A stretch of 64,000 nt of DNA from Deferribacterales bacterium (GCA_050251875.1 JBFWMA010000001.1:454263-518262), one strand, 5' to 3'; shown: positions 1-12,505, counted from the stretch's first letter. Made by a program: numbers and translations. Notes: a model not told the origin generated them from the letters alone.

Positions 1-249
1 GCCAAGACCACTGAGTCTGCCGGCGAGAGTGTGGACTTTGCCGCTTTGCTCAAAGACGCCCTTAAAGACGTTAACGATGCTCAGCTGACCGCTGATGATG
101 CCGTTCAGAAAGTCCTTAGCGGTGAGACAAAAGACATATCTTCCACAATGATCGCCCTGCAGAAAGCAGACGTATCGCTCAAAATGATGCTCGAGGTCCG
201 TAACAAAATGATGGACGCGTATCAGGAGATCATGCGTACTCAGGTCTAA
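1..249 (+). CDS. fliE: Flagellar hook-basal body protein FliE (probably 5'-truncated by the window edge)
   Basis: The frame is open from base 1; C-terminus EVRNKMMDAYQEIMRTQV is typical of FliE; lies directly upstream of fliF. Confidence 0.93.
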   Translation, partial: AKTTESAGESVDFAALLKDALKDVNDAQLTADDAVQKVLSGETKDISSTMIALQKADVSLKMMLEVRNKMMDAYQEIMRTQV

Positions 250-261
250 TTGTGAGGGTGT

Positions 262-1932
262 ATGGCTCTTGGGGACATAATTTCCCAATTTCAGGAAACA
301 TTTAAAAAACTAACTCTTCTTCAGAAAGTCTCGGTAATGTCAGCTGTGGCGGCAGTGGTTATCTCTGTCGTTGTGGTGGTTTACTGGGCCAATCGACCTG
401 TCTATAAAATGCTATTCGCAGGAATGACTTCCGATGACGCAGCCACCGTAATCGAAAAACTCAAGGAACAAAACGTCCCATATAAGATAGAAGACGGCGG
501 AGCGAAAATCACCGTTCCGGAAAAATTCGTCTATGAAACAAGACTCAATCTGGCAAAAGAGGGCATCCCCAAAGGCGGGGGCGCCGGGCTGGAGCTTTTC
601 GATAAATCATCCTTCGGCATGACGGAGTTCATGCAGAATGTCAATTTTCAGCGCGCTCTTCAGGGTGAGCTGGCGAGAACCATCACATCGCTGAAAGAGA
701 TAGCCGAGGCACGGGTTCACCTTTCTGTTCCGAAAGATAGGCTCTTCATCTCTGATGAGGAGGCGTCTAAGGCTTCTGTCGTTGTCCGCCTGAAGAGCGG
801 AGAGACGCTGGGACGTGAACAGGTGAAGGCGATAGCGTCTCTTGTTTCCGGCGCTGTGAAGGGGCTGACACCGGAGAACGTACAGATAGTCGATACATCG
901 GGCAGACTGCTCAGCGAGTTTCTCACCAACGAGGCGGAACCCCTGATGCTGACACAGACCCAGCTGGAATATCAGCGCAAGGTCGAAAAAGATCTGGAAA
1001 ACAAAGTTAACGAGATTCTGGGAAGCACACTGGGCGTGGGCAACGCCGTGGCAAAGGTTACGGCGGACATCGATTTCGCCAAACGGGACATCACGAAGGA
1101 AGAATATGACCCCAACCCCGTTCTGCGCTCTCAGCAGTCTTCAGAGATAAACAGCAAAAATTCCCCGGACACTCCTCAGGGTGTTCCGGGAGTGCAGTCC
1201 AACCTCGCCGAGCCCAACATCACGCAGGGCGGCACCACTTCTGAATATAACAAGAGCGATGAGACTCAGAATTTTGAGATAGGAAAAACTGTTACCGTAG
1301 AGCAGAAACCCTATGGTACAATTAATCGTATAACCGTTGCCGTGGTGGTGGATGATAAAAAAACCACCAAAAAAGCCGAAGACGGCAAGACAGACGTGGT
1401 GGAATCCACCCCGAGAACACCGGAAGATATGACTTCCATCAAAAATCTTGTTGCTATGGCAGTGGGTTATGACGAAACCAGAAAGGATCAGATCGAGGTT
1501 TCCAACATATCGTTTGATACATCGTCAAAAGATCAGGAAACAACTCTGATAAAAAGGGAGAAAACCATGGAGCTGGTGGGACTTCTGTCTAAATACGCTC
1601 TGGCGGCGGTCATTGTTCTGTTGTTCTACTTCCTCGTTATCAGAAGAATCCTCAAGAAAATGGACAAGCCCGTCACTGTTCACGAGGACGGTTCCATCAC
1701 ATACGGAGATCTGGGCAGAGACGATGTGGGGCTGGAGCTCAACATGAACGAGCGCTATCCCAAATCTCTGGAAGAGCTCGAAAAAGAGATCGAGAGCGAG
1801 CTCAACGAAGGCGCTCCTCTGGATGTGGAAACAGTCAAATCGAAAGTTATGCTTAAAAAGATAGAAGATTTCGCAGCGGAAGACCCGGAGGCAATGGCCA
1901 ACCTTATCAAAAGCCTGCTGAAAGGAGATTAA
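262..1932 (+). CDS. fliF: Flagellar MS-ring protein FliF
   Basis: Two TM segments; FGMTEF..N.QRALQGELARTI and ARVHL motifs; ASVVV; fli context. Confidence 0.97.
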   Translation: MALGDIISQFQETFKKLTLLQKVSVMSAVAAVVISVVVVVYWANRPVYKMLFAGMTSDDAATVIEKLKEQNVPYKIEDGGAKITVPEKFVYETRLNLAKEGIPKGGGAGLELFDKSSFGMTEFMQNVNFQRALQGELARTITSLKEIAEARVHLSVPKDRLFISDEEASKASVVVRLKSGETLGREQVKAIASLVSGAVKGLTPENVQIVDTSGRLLSEFLTNEAEPLMLTQTQLEYQRKVEKDLENKVNEILGSTLGVGNAVAKVTADIDFAKRDITKEEYDPNPVLRSQQSSEINSKNSPDTPQGVPGVQSNLAEPNITQGGTTSEYNKSDETQNFEIGKTVTVEQKPYGTINRITVAVVVDDKKTTKKAEDGKTDVVESTPRTPEDMTSIKNLVAMAVGYDETRKDQIEVSNISFDTSSKDQETTLIKREKTMELVGLLSKYALAAVIVLLFYFLVIRRILKKMDKPVTVHEDGSITYGDLGRDDVGLELNMNERYPKSLEELEKEIESELNEGAPLDVETVKSKVMLKKIEDFAAEDPEAMANLIKSLLKGD

Positions 1933-1938
1933 GGGGAT

Positions 1939-2937
1939 ATGGTTTCAGAAGAAGGAATCAAAAGAGCAGCCGCTATAATGATAGCCCTGGGCGAAGAGAT
2001 CACCGCGCCCGTTCTCGCTCATCTGGACGATGACGAGGTGAGCGAACTTACCAAAGAGATCGCCACCACCAAGATAGTCTCGCCCGAGAAGATGGACGAA
2101 TATATAGAAGATTTCTACAACATGATGCTGGCGAAGAAATTCATCGCCAAGGGCGGTCTGGAATACGCTAAAACGGTTCTGGTAAAATCTCTGGGACCGG
2201 AAAGAGCGAGAAAGATCATCGACCGTCTGACGAAGATGCTGGAACAGTCGTCCGGTTTCGACTTTCTGGCTAAGATCGACCCTAAACAGCTCGCAAAATT
2301 TATCCAGACGGAACACCCCCAGACCATCGCCCTGATTCTGGCGCATCTGGACCCGTCACAGGCGGCGGAGTCTCTGGCTCAGCTCCCGGAGGATATGAAA
2401 GCCGACATCACCTTGAGAATTTCAAACCTTCAGGATATATCGCCTTCCGTTGTAAAAACACTCGCCAGAGTGCTGGAGGAGAGATTCGAGTCTCTGTCGT
2501 CCTACAATGTTGAAGTGGGCGGTGTTAAATCCGTTGCCGAGATTTTCAACCGTATGGACAGAACCACCAGCAAGACCACTCTGGAAAAACTGGAAAAAGA
2601 GAGCCCCGAGCTTGTTGCGGCTATCAGGGATATGATGTTCGTATTTGACGATATCAAGGTTCTCAACGATGTCGCCATCCAGGAAATCCTTAAGAAAGCA
2701 GATAAAAAAGCTCTCACCATGGCTCTCAAAGGAACCGATGACGAGATGCAGGAGCGTTTCTTCCGCAATATGTCCAAGCGTGCTGTGGAGACTATGAAAG
2801 AAGAGATGGAATACATGGGACCCGTTAAGCTGAAAGAGGTGGAAAAAGCTCAGCACGAGATTGTTTCCATCGTCCGTGAGCTCGAGGAAGAGGGCATCGT
2901 GAACATCGGCGGCGGCGAAGAAGACCAATACGTTTAA
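1939..2937 (+). CDS. fliG: Flagellar motor switch protein FliG
   Basis: GGLEYAK, EHPQTIALIL, MFVFDD and NMSKRA motifs. Confidence 0.97.
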   Translation: MVSEEGIKRAAAIMIALGEEITAPVLAHLDDDEVSELTKEIATTKIVSPEKMDEYIEDFYNMMLAKKFIAKGGLEYAKTVLVKSLGPERARKIIDRLTKMLEQSSGFDFLAKIDPKQLAKFIQTEHPQTIALILAHLDPSQAAESLAQLPEDMKADITLRISNLQDISPSVVKTLARVLEERFESLSSYNVEVGGVKSVAEIFNRMDRTTSKTTLEKLEKESPELVAAIRDMMFVFDDIKVLNDVAIQEILKKADKKALTMALKGTDDEMQERFFRNMSKRAVETMKEEMEYMGPVKLKEVEKAQHEIVSIVRELEEEGIVNIGGGEEDQYV

Positions 2938-2949
2938 TCAAAACTATGT

Positions 2950-3175
2950 CCCCCTCTTTGTGAAGAGGGGCTAGGGGAGATTTCTTTATTTTTTAAGAAA
3001 TCCCTCCCGTCCTCCCTTTTAGAAAGGGAGGGGTAATACACTAACTTAACTTCATGGATGAAGTTCGTGGAACGAGCGAGTGCGCTTTTAGCGTGTGAGC
3101 GAGTGGAACGTGAGTGAAGCCGGGTTTCATCCCTGGCGTAACGGTATCTAAAATTTTCTAGGACAGAAAATTTTT
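2950..3175. repeat. Multi-hairpin intergenic repeat element, copy A (REP/MITE-like)
   Basis: At least five inverted repeats; colinear homology with 41366-41529 and partial homology with 8083-8119. Confidence 0.8.
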
Positions 3176-3185
3176 GCAGGGTGCA

Positions 3186-4058
3186 ATGTCCAGAATCATT
3201 AAAGACGACAAACTCAATCCCAAAAAACTGCGCAGCTTCGACTACACGGTATATGCCGATGTGGAGCGGGGCGAAAAGATACAGAAGCTGATAAAAGTCG
3301 GAGAGATGGACTATGTCCCCGGCGAGACATCATATAATGTCGGCAGCTTTGACGAGGACGTGGAACTGCACAGAGCCATAGTGGTGCAGGACGAGTCTGT
3401 GAAGAGCAAGAAATATGAGCCCCAATCCTTTGACGAGGAACCGAAAGAGCTGATAAAACAGTCCGAACCGGAGCCTCTGACCGAACCTGAACCGGAGCCG
3501 GAGCCCGAACAGCCCGCCATCACGGAAGAGGAACTGGAAGCCATCCGCAAAGAGGCGTATCAGAAGGGTATGGCGGACGGTCTGTCCCGTGGGATAGCGG
3601 ACGGCGAACAGAAGGCCAGAAGGGAATACGAGGCTCAGAAGTCCGATTATCTGGCGAAATTGCAGGAAACATACAACAGCGTACTGGCTGAGATGGACGT
3701 ATATAAAAAGGCGGTGGCTCAGCTGGACGAGGAACTGCCGGATATGATCGCTTCTATGGTTACGGATATCATCGGCACAGAACGCAAGCTGAACGACAAA
3801 CTGGTGGTTTCCATCACTAAGAACAGTCTTCAGCATTTAAAAGAAATGGACAAGATTATCTTCATGGTGAACCCCGATGATGTGGGAACTATGACGGATG
3901 TCTTTCCGGAATACGAAACCCAGCCCGACAGAACAGTTGTGAAGGGCAGCCTGAAAGTTCAGACAAACATCGGAGAGCTGAATTTCTGCATACAGAAGAT
4001 GCTTGAGGAGTTTGTGGATAGAATACATGAAGAATTTAGCACGCCTGAAGAAAGTTGA
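3186..4058 (+). CDS. fliH: Flagellar assembly protein FliH
   Basis: AYQKGMADGLSRGIADG (GxxxG repeats); sits between fliG and fliI; ATG at 3186 chosen as start. Confidence 0.88.
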   Translation: MSRIIKDDKLNPKKLRSFDYTVYADVERGEKIQKLIKVGEMDYVPGETSYNVGSFDEDVELHRAIVVQDESVKSKKYEPQSFDEEPKELIKQSEPEPLTEPEPEPEPEQPAITEEELEAIRKEAYQKGMADGLSRGIADGEQKARREYEAQKSDYLAKLQETYNSVLAEMDVYKKAVAQLDEELPDMIASMVTDIIGTERKLNDKLVVSITKNSLQHLKEMDKIIFMVNPDDVGTMTDVFPEYETQPDRTVVKGSLKVQTNIGELNFCIQKMLEEFVDRIHEEFSTPEES

Positions 4059-5334
4059 TAACAAACCATCCATACAGTTTAAAGGCAAGGTGACGAAGAT
4101 TGTCGGTCTCACTATCGAGGCGGACGGTCCCCTTCTGGGCATCGGCACCAGATGCCGGATAGAAGGCTATGACGGCAGAGAGATCCTCGCCGAGATCATA
4201 GGGTTCAAGGACGACAGGATCATTCTGATGCCATATGGCGAGAGTGAGGGCATCGCCCCCGGAAGCCCCGTGGTGAACGAATCATACGGCAACACGGTAA
4301 AGGTCTGCGATGGTCTTCTGGGGCGTGTTCTGGATGCTCTGGGAAATCCCATGGACGGAAAAGGACCCATCAGGGACTTTAAGCTGGTGAATGTATATAA
4401 CACCCCTCCGCAGGCTCTGGACAGAGAGATAATCAAAGACCCGATATCCACCGGGATAAAGACCATAGACAACCTGATAACCGTGGGAACCGGACAGAGG
4501 GTGGGCATATTCGCCGGTTCCGGTGTGGGAAAATCAGTTACGCTGGGCATGATAGCGAGAAACACCAACGCTGACGTCAACGTCATAGCGCTCATAGGAG
4601 AGCGGGGACGTGAGGTGCGTGAGTTCATAGAGAGAGATTTGGGCGAGGAAGGGCTGAAAAGGAGCGTGGTGGTGGTTGCTACGTCCGACCAGTCCGCTCT
4701 GGTGAGAAAGCTGGGAGCCTTTGTCGGCACAGCCATAGCCGAATATTTCAGGGAACAGGGCAAAAACGTAATGCTGATGATGGATTCCGTGACACGTTTT
4801 GCCATGGCTCAGAGAGAGATCGGGCTCACCGTGGGCGAACCGCCCACCACAAAGGGCTATACCCCGTCTGTTTTCGGGCTTCTGCCGAAACTGCTGGAGA
4901 GAGCCGGAACCAAAAAAGGCAAAGGAACAATAACAGGTCTCTACACCGTTCTGGTGGAGGCTGACGATATGAACGACCCGGTGGGGGACACCGTGCGTTC
5001 GATTATTGACGGTCACATCGTGCTGTCGAGGGCGCTCGCCGGAAAGAACCACTACCCCGCCATAGACGTTCTGAACAGCGCCAGCCGTCTGATGAAAGAG
5101 ATAGTTGACGAAAAACAGTTCGACAATGCGGGGCACCTGCGTGACCTGCTGGCAACATATAACGAGGCGGAAGACCTCATTAACATCGGGGCGTATGTGA
5201 AAGGAAGCAACCCGAAGATCGATGAGTCGCTGGCGAAGATAAACGATATCAACGGCTTTCTGCGCCAGAAGATAGATGAGTCATTCAGCATGGAAGACAG
5301 CGCCGCCATGCTGGACAAAATCATTAACGGCTGA
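4027..5334 (+). CDS. fliI: Flagellar export ATPase FliI
   Basis: Walker A AGSGVGKS; GERGRE; DSVTRFAMAQREIG; ATG at 4027 chosen as start. Confidence 0.97.
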   Translation: MKNLARLKKVDNKPSIQFKGKVTKIVGLTIEADGPLLGIGTRCRIEGYDGREILAEIIGFKDDRIILMPYGESEGIAPGSPVVNESYGNTVKVCDGLLGRVLDALGNPMDGKGPIRDFKLVNVYNTPPQALDREIIKDPISTGIKTIDNLITVGTGQRVGIFAGSGVGKSVTLGMIARNTNADVNVIALIGERGREVREFIERDLGEEGLKRSVVVVATSDQSALVRKLGAFVGTAIAEYFREQGKNVMLMMDSVTRFAMAQREIGLTVGEPPTTKGYTPSVFGLLPKLLERAGTKKGKGTITGLYTVLVEADDMNDPVGDTVRSIIDGHIVLSRALAGKNHYPAIDVLNSASRLMKEIVDEKQFDNAGHLRDLLATYNEAEDLINIGAYVKGSNPKIDESLAKINDINGFLRQKIDESFSMEDSAAMLDKIING

Positions 5335-5762
5335 TGAAAAGGGAATTCAGGCTCCAGAAGGTGCTGGAGTACAGAGAGCGCATAGTCACCATAGAGAAGG
5401 CTAAGCTGGCTGATCTGCACACCCGTCTGCTGGAGAACAGAAACAGCATACTCGCCATACAGAACGAGGCATCGGCAAAGCTGACCGAGATGGAGACCGC
5501 TGACACCGCCATCCTTTTTATGTATGATAAATATCTGAAATCGCTGGCGGAGAAAAAAGCCGCTCTGGTGAAGATGAAAAAACAGATAGAAATGACGATA
5601 GAACTTCAGAAAAAGAAGGTTATGGAAGCCATCGACCGCCACAAGGTGATGGAAAAACTGAAAGAGAAGCATGTGGAAAATTTCCGCTCGTATCTGAATA
5701 AAGAGGAGATGAAGCTCATTGACGAGCTCGCCATCTCGAGGAGTGCCAGAAATAATGAATAG
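5334..5762 (+). CDS. fliJ: Flagellar export protein FliJ
   Basis: Starts FRLQKVLEYR, coiled-coil, ends EEMKLIDE; coupled to fliI (TGATG). Confidence 0.9.
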   Translation: MKREFRLQKVLEYRERIVTIEKAKLADLHTRLLENRNSILAIQNEASAKLTEMETADTAILFMYDKYLKSLAEKKAALVKMKKQIEMTIELQKKKVMEAIDRHKVMEKLKEKHVENFRSYLNKEEMKLIDELAISRSARNNE

Positions 5763-6273
5763 ATATCATCTTAAAAATAATCTCGTGCCTTTGGCTGTGT
5801 TTTTGTCTGTCATTTTTTTCTGCGCGGTTTTTACGGCTTCCGCCGAATCGCTCGCCGATCTTCAGGCGATATCCAAATCGCTGGATAAGAGAAAGCTGGA
5901 GCTGGACAAGCGGGAGAAGGATATCAGAACCAAAGAGGAGCGTCTGAAAGCTCTGGAAGACAGCCTCATTCAGAAAGATATAGAGATCAGAAAGATGCAG
6001 GACAGCATCGTTGCCCGCCTGAAAGAGATCAAAATTCAGGAAGATAAAAATCTGGATAAACTGGCGAAGGATTACGGCTCCGCCAAAGCAAAATCAGCGG
6101 CGCAGGTTATAGTTAAGATGGATATAGAAAAATCAGTTCAGCTTTTTCAGCGTTTGCCCAGCATGACGGCGGGAAAAATTCTGTCCGCCATGGGCACGAT
6201 AGACCCGGAATACGCCGCTAAATTGTCCGAAAAGCTGACTCCCGACAAGATACAGGGGATAAATGCGCAGTAA
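5755..6273 (+). CDS. MotE/FlbB/YlxF-like flagellar-associated protein
   Basis: N-terminal hydrophobic segment, coiled coil, then KSAAQVI...AGKILSAM pattern; usual position after fliJ. Confidence 0.7.
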   Translation: MNRYHLKNNLVPLAVFLSVIFFCAVFTASAESLADLQAISKSLDKRKLELDKREKDIRTKEERLKALEDSLIQKDIEIRKMQDSIVARLKEIKIQEDKNLDKLAKDYGSAKAKSAAQVIVKMDIEKSVQLFQRLPSMTAGKILSAMGTIDPEYAAKLSEKLTPDKIQGINAQ

Positions 6274-6856
6274 CAGAAACATCTACGGCGTGACATCATC
6301 TCCCCTGCACGCACTGGCGGCGGAGCTGAAGACACCGTCCGTGGAGATTGACGTGGGGCTGTTTCTGCGGTTTTTCTGCAAAACGGCTAAACCAAAAAAA
6401 ATTCTGGAGATCGGCTGCGGAATCGGCGTCTCCACCAGATATATGGCAGAAGCGGCACCTGATGCTGAAATCACCGCTCTGGATCACAACCATGTGCGTC
6501 TGGCGCAGGCGAAAAAGATCGCCGGCGGTATAGAAAATATTACATTTGTTCAGTCTGAAGGCGTTGAGTTTATGCGGAACTCCGCCGAAAAATATGACCT
6601 GATATTTATAGATTCTGTCAAAAAAGATTATCCCGTGATGTACCATTACGCTGAACAGCTCCTGACAGACAGCGGAGCGGTGATAATGGACGATGTGTTC
6701 TGCTATGGATATATCTTTTGCGAAGACTGCGAGATTCCCGAAAAATACCGGGCGCTGGCGGGCGTTTTCAGAGATTTTCTGCACAGAATAAAAAACACGA
6801 GAGACCACAGCGTCCTGCCCATAGGCGGCGGGGTGCTGGTGACATACAGAGGATAG
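6263..6856 (+). CDS. Class I SAM-dependent O-methyltransferase (TrmR/YrrM-like)
   Basis: ILEIGCGIGVS motif I, YDLIFIDS, LPIGGGV end; adjacent to a U32 gene. Confidence 0.8.
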   Translation: MRSNRNIYGVTSSPLHALAAELKTPSVEIDVGLFLRFFCKTAKPKKILEIGCGIGVSTRYMAEAAPDAEITALDHNHVRLAQAKKIAGGIENITFVQSEGVEFMRNSAEKYDLIFIDSVKKDYPVMYHYAEQLLTDSGAVIMDDVFCYGYIFCEDCEIPEKYRALAGVFRDFLHRIKNTRDHSVLPIGGGVLVTYRG

Positions 6857-6857
6857 G

Positions 6858-8081
6858 ATGAAAAAACCTGAGCTTTTGGCTCCGGCGGGCAGTTTCGATA
6901 AGATGGAGGCGGCGGTGCTTTACGGCGCTGACGCTGTATATTTCGCCGGAAGCGGATTCGGACTGCGTGCCCGGGCGGGCAATTTTGAGCCGGACGAGAT
7001 GGAAAAAGCCCTGAAATATCTGCACGACAGAGGCAGAAAGGGCTATGTGACTGTGAACGCTTATCTGAAAAACAACGAATTTGACGGGCTGGAGGATTAT
7101 CTCCATAAACTCAGCGAGATAAAACCGGACGCCCTTATCATATCCGACCCCGGCGTGTTTGCCACCGCCAGAAAACACGCTCCGAACATCCCCATACACA
7201 TCAGCACTCAGGCGAACGTTACCAACCTTCAGACGGTGGAGTTCTGGCACAGTCTGGGCGCCGAGAGGGTGATTCTGGCGAGGGAGCTGAGCCGGGACGA
7301 GATAGCGCAGATATGCAGAAGCTCCGCCTGCGAGGTGGAGGTTTTCGTGCACGGCGCCATGTGCATCTCCATGTCCGGCAGATGCCTGATGAGCAACTAT
7401 ATGACAGGCAGGGACGCTAACGCCGGAGACTGCGCCCAGTCGTGCAGATGGAAATATTCGCTGGTGGAATCCACCCGTGAGGGACAGTATTTTCCCATCG
7501 AGCAGGATGAGCGAGGGACATATTTCTACAACAGCAAAGACCTGTGTCTGCTCGACCATGTGGGCGAGCTGGCGGACATGGGTGTGAAGAGCCTCAAGAT
7601 TGAGGGACGCATGAAGAGCATCATGTATGTGTCTGTCATCACAGGCGTATACAGAAAAGCCATAGACAGAGCCGCCGAGGGCAATTATGAGGTAGACCCT
7701 GAGTGGGTGCGCCTGATAAAGAGCGTCAGCCACAGGGAATATACCGAGGCTTTCTATGACGGAGAGGCCGGAACGGAGAGCATGAATTACGGCACGAACT
7801 CATATGTGAGGGGATGCGAGTTTCTGGCTCTGGCGCTTTATCACCACGAACTGGGAACTGTCATAGAGGCGAAGGCGAAATTTCATCCGGACGAGGCGGT
7901 GAGCGTTCTGGGACCTGATATGTGCGAGGTGGATATTCTGGTGAGCAAACTTCTGGACATGAACGGCAACGAACAGCCGAACACCAAGCCCGCCATGAAA
8001 TATATCCTGAAAGGAATAAAGCTGGATGAGGGAAGCATCATCCGCAGGCACGAAAAAGGCGACCATAAACTCAGTGAATAA
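6858..8081 (+). CDS. U32-family protein, TrhP-like tRNA U34 hydroxylase
   Basis: KPELLAPAG; GADAVY; HISTQAN; E.FVHGAMCISMSGRC...C..SCR Fe-S motif; LKIEGR. Confidence 0.9.
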   Translation: MKKPELLAPAGSFDKMEAAVLYGADAVYFAGSGFGLRARAGNFEPDEMEKALKYLHDRGRKGYVTVNAYLKNNEFDGLEDYLHKLSEIKPDALIISDPGVFATARKHAPNIPIHISTQANVTNLQTVEFWHSLGAERVILARELSRDEIAQICRSSACEVEVFVHGAMCISMSGRCLMSNYMTGRDANAGDCAQSCRWKYSLVESTREGQYFPIEQDERGTYFYNSKDLCLLDHVGELADMGVKSLKIEGRMKSIMYVSVITGVYRKAIDRAAEGNYEVDPEWVRLIKSVSHREYTEAFYDGEAGTESMNYGTNSYVRGCEFLALALYHHELGTVIEAKAKFHPDEAVSVLGPDMCEVDILVSKLLDMNGNEQPNTKPAMKYILKGIKLDEGSIIRRHEKGDHKLSE

Positions 8082-8082
8082 G

Positions 8083-10879
<2,797 letters not shown>

Positions 10880-10898
10880 GCGCCGAGCAAAAATCATG

Positions 10899-10927
10899 TT
10901 GACAGAGGTAATATTAAAGTTTAAATT
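10899..10927 (+). promoter_or_regulatory. Putative sigma70 promoter for rho
   Basis: TTGACA-17 nt-TAAATT. Confidence 0.55.
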
Positions 10928-11072
10928 CGCTTTGTTATTGCACACAGTCATGCAAGGCTTGCTACAGTTGTTCGTATCATAAAATCATACAGAAAAGTGA
11001 ATCCTTTAGGCAAAAACCCGTTGTTATTTTTTATATGCAGATTTTTACCTGTGAACAATATTATACCTTTAA

Positions 11073-12326
11073 ATGGAGAATAGCGTGAATCTTACCGATC
11101 TGAAGAAAAAAGCTATTGAAGAGCTTGTCACTATTGCTAATTCCGTAGGAATTGAAAACTCGGACGGACTCCTGAAACAGGAGCTCATCTTTGAAATCCT
11201 TAAACAGACCAGCGCTCAGAATGGGCAGATCTATGGTCAGGGCGTTCTGGAAATTCTGCCTGACGGCTTTGGTTTCCTCCGCTCACCTAACTATAACTAC
11301 CTGCCCGGTCCTGATGATATATATGTCTCACCCGCCCAGATACGCAAGTTCGGTCTCAGAAACGGAGACACTGTGGCAGGAGAGATAAGGCCGCCGAAGG
11401 ACAACGAAAAGTACTTCGCCCTGCTCAAAGTCGAAGAGGTCAACTTTGAAGCCGCCAACAGAATGAGAACTCTCTTTGAAAACCTCACACCCCTTTTCCC
11501 CGAAGAAAGATTACAGCTCGAAGCAAAACCCACATCATATGAAACCAGAATCATGAACCTCATCTCCCCCATTGGTAAAGGACAGAGAGGTCTGCTGGTC
11601 GCTCCTCCCAAAACAGGTAAAACAATGCTGCTGAAAAGCATCGCAAACTCCATAACAGCAAACCACCCCGAAGTATATCTCATCATCCTTCTGATAGATG
11701 AGCGTCCCGAAGAGGTTACAGATATGCAGAGATCCGTTAACGCGGAAGTAATCAGCTCAACGTTCGATGAGCCTGCCTACAGACACGTTCAGGTCTCAGA
11801 GATGGTTCTGAACAAGGCTAAGCGTCTTGTGGAGCACAAAAAAGACGTGGTGATCCTGCTGGACTCCATCACACGTCTCGCCCGTGCCTACAACTCTATC
11901 GAACCGCCCTCAGGCAAGGTTCTTTCCGGTGGTGTGGATTCTAACGCACTGCACAAACCTAAAAGATTTTTCGGCGCCGCGCGTAACATAGAGGAGGGAG
12001 GTTCTCTCTCCATCATCGCCACAGCGCTCGTGGATACAGGTTCCAGAATGGACGAGGTTATCTTTGAGGAATTCAAAGGTACCGGCAACATGGAGCTCCA
12101 TCTGGACAGACGTCTGGTGGAGAGAAGAATATTCCCCGCTATGGATATCAACAAATCCGGTACCAGAAGAGAAGAGCTTCTGCTCTCCAAAGAGGAGCTG
12201 AACAAGGTATGGATTCTGCGCAGATTCCTTGCCAATATGAACAGCATAGACGCTATGGAGTTCCTGCTGGACAAGATGAAGGGAACAAAGTCCAATACGG
12301 ATTTCCTGGAAAGCATGGGAAAATAA
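11073..12326 (+). CDS. rho: Transcription termination factor Rho
   Basis: [46 protein letters not shown]. Confidence 0.99.
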   Translation: MENSVNLTDLKKKAIEELVTIANSVGIENSDGLLKQELIFEILKQTSAQNGQIYGQGVLEILPDGFGFLRSPNYNYLPGPDDIYVSPAQIRKFGLRNGDTVAGEIRPPKDNEKYFALLKVEEVNFEAANRMRTLFENLTPLFPEERLQLEAKPTSYETRIMNLISPIGKGQRGLLVAPPKTGKTMLLKSIANSITANHPEVYLIILLIDERPEEVTDMQRSVNAEVISSTFDEPAYRHVQVSEMVLNKAKRLVEHKKDVVILLDSITRLARAYNSIEPPSGKVLSGGVDSNALHKPKRFFGAARNIEEGGSLSIIATALVDTGSRMDEVIFEEFKGTGNMELHLDRRLVERRIFPAMDINKSGTRREELLLSKEELNKVWILRRFLANMNSIDAMEFLLDKMKGTKSNTDFLESMGK

Positions 12327-12346
12327 CAGACAATAGATTGATAATG

Positions 12347-12377
12347 AAGACCGGTGGAAACACCGGTCTTTTTTTTT
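12347..12377 (+). terminator. Intrinsic terminator after rho
   Basis: AAGACCGGTG-gaaa-CACCGGTCTT followed by a T run. Confidence 0.85.
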
Positions 12378-12391
12378 GCTTTCTTTTTGCT

Positions 12392-12500
12392 GTAGGGCGG
12401 GGTTTTACCGCAAGCGAGGAATAGAAACGCCCGCCGATAGTAGGGCGGGGTTTTATACCCCGCCGAAAGATATGCGGCGGCATGTAAAATGCCGCCCTAC
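12392..12500. repeat. GTAG-family REP cluster (three units, BIME/REPIN-like)
   Basis: GTAGGGCGGGGTTTTA at 12392 and 12440; inverted unit ending GCCGCCCTAC at 12500. Confidence 0.75.
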
Positions 12501-12505
12501 AACAC

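Noticed and set aside
2950..3175. Possible CRISPR array or tRNA
   Set aside because: No regularly spaced identical repeats with unique spacers, no cas genes and no cloverleaf or T-loop signature.
3463..3516. EPEPEP tandem repeat in fliH
   Set aside because: In-frame low-complexity linker with mixed codons; not a phase-variable tract.
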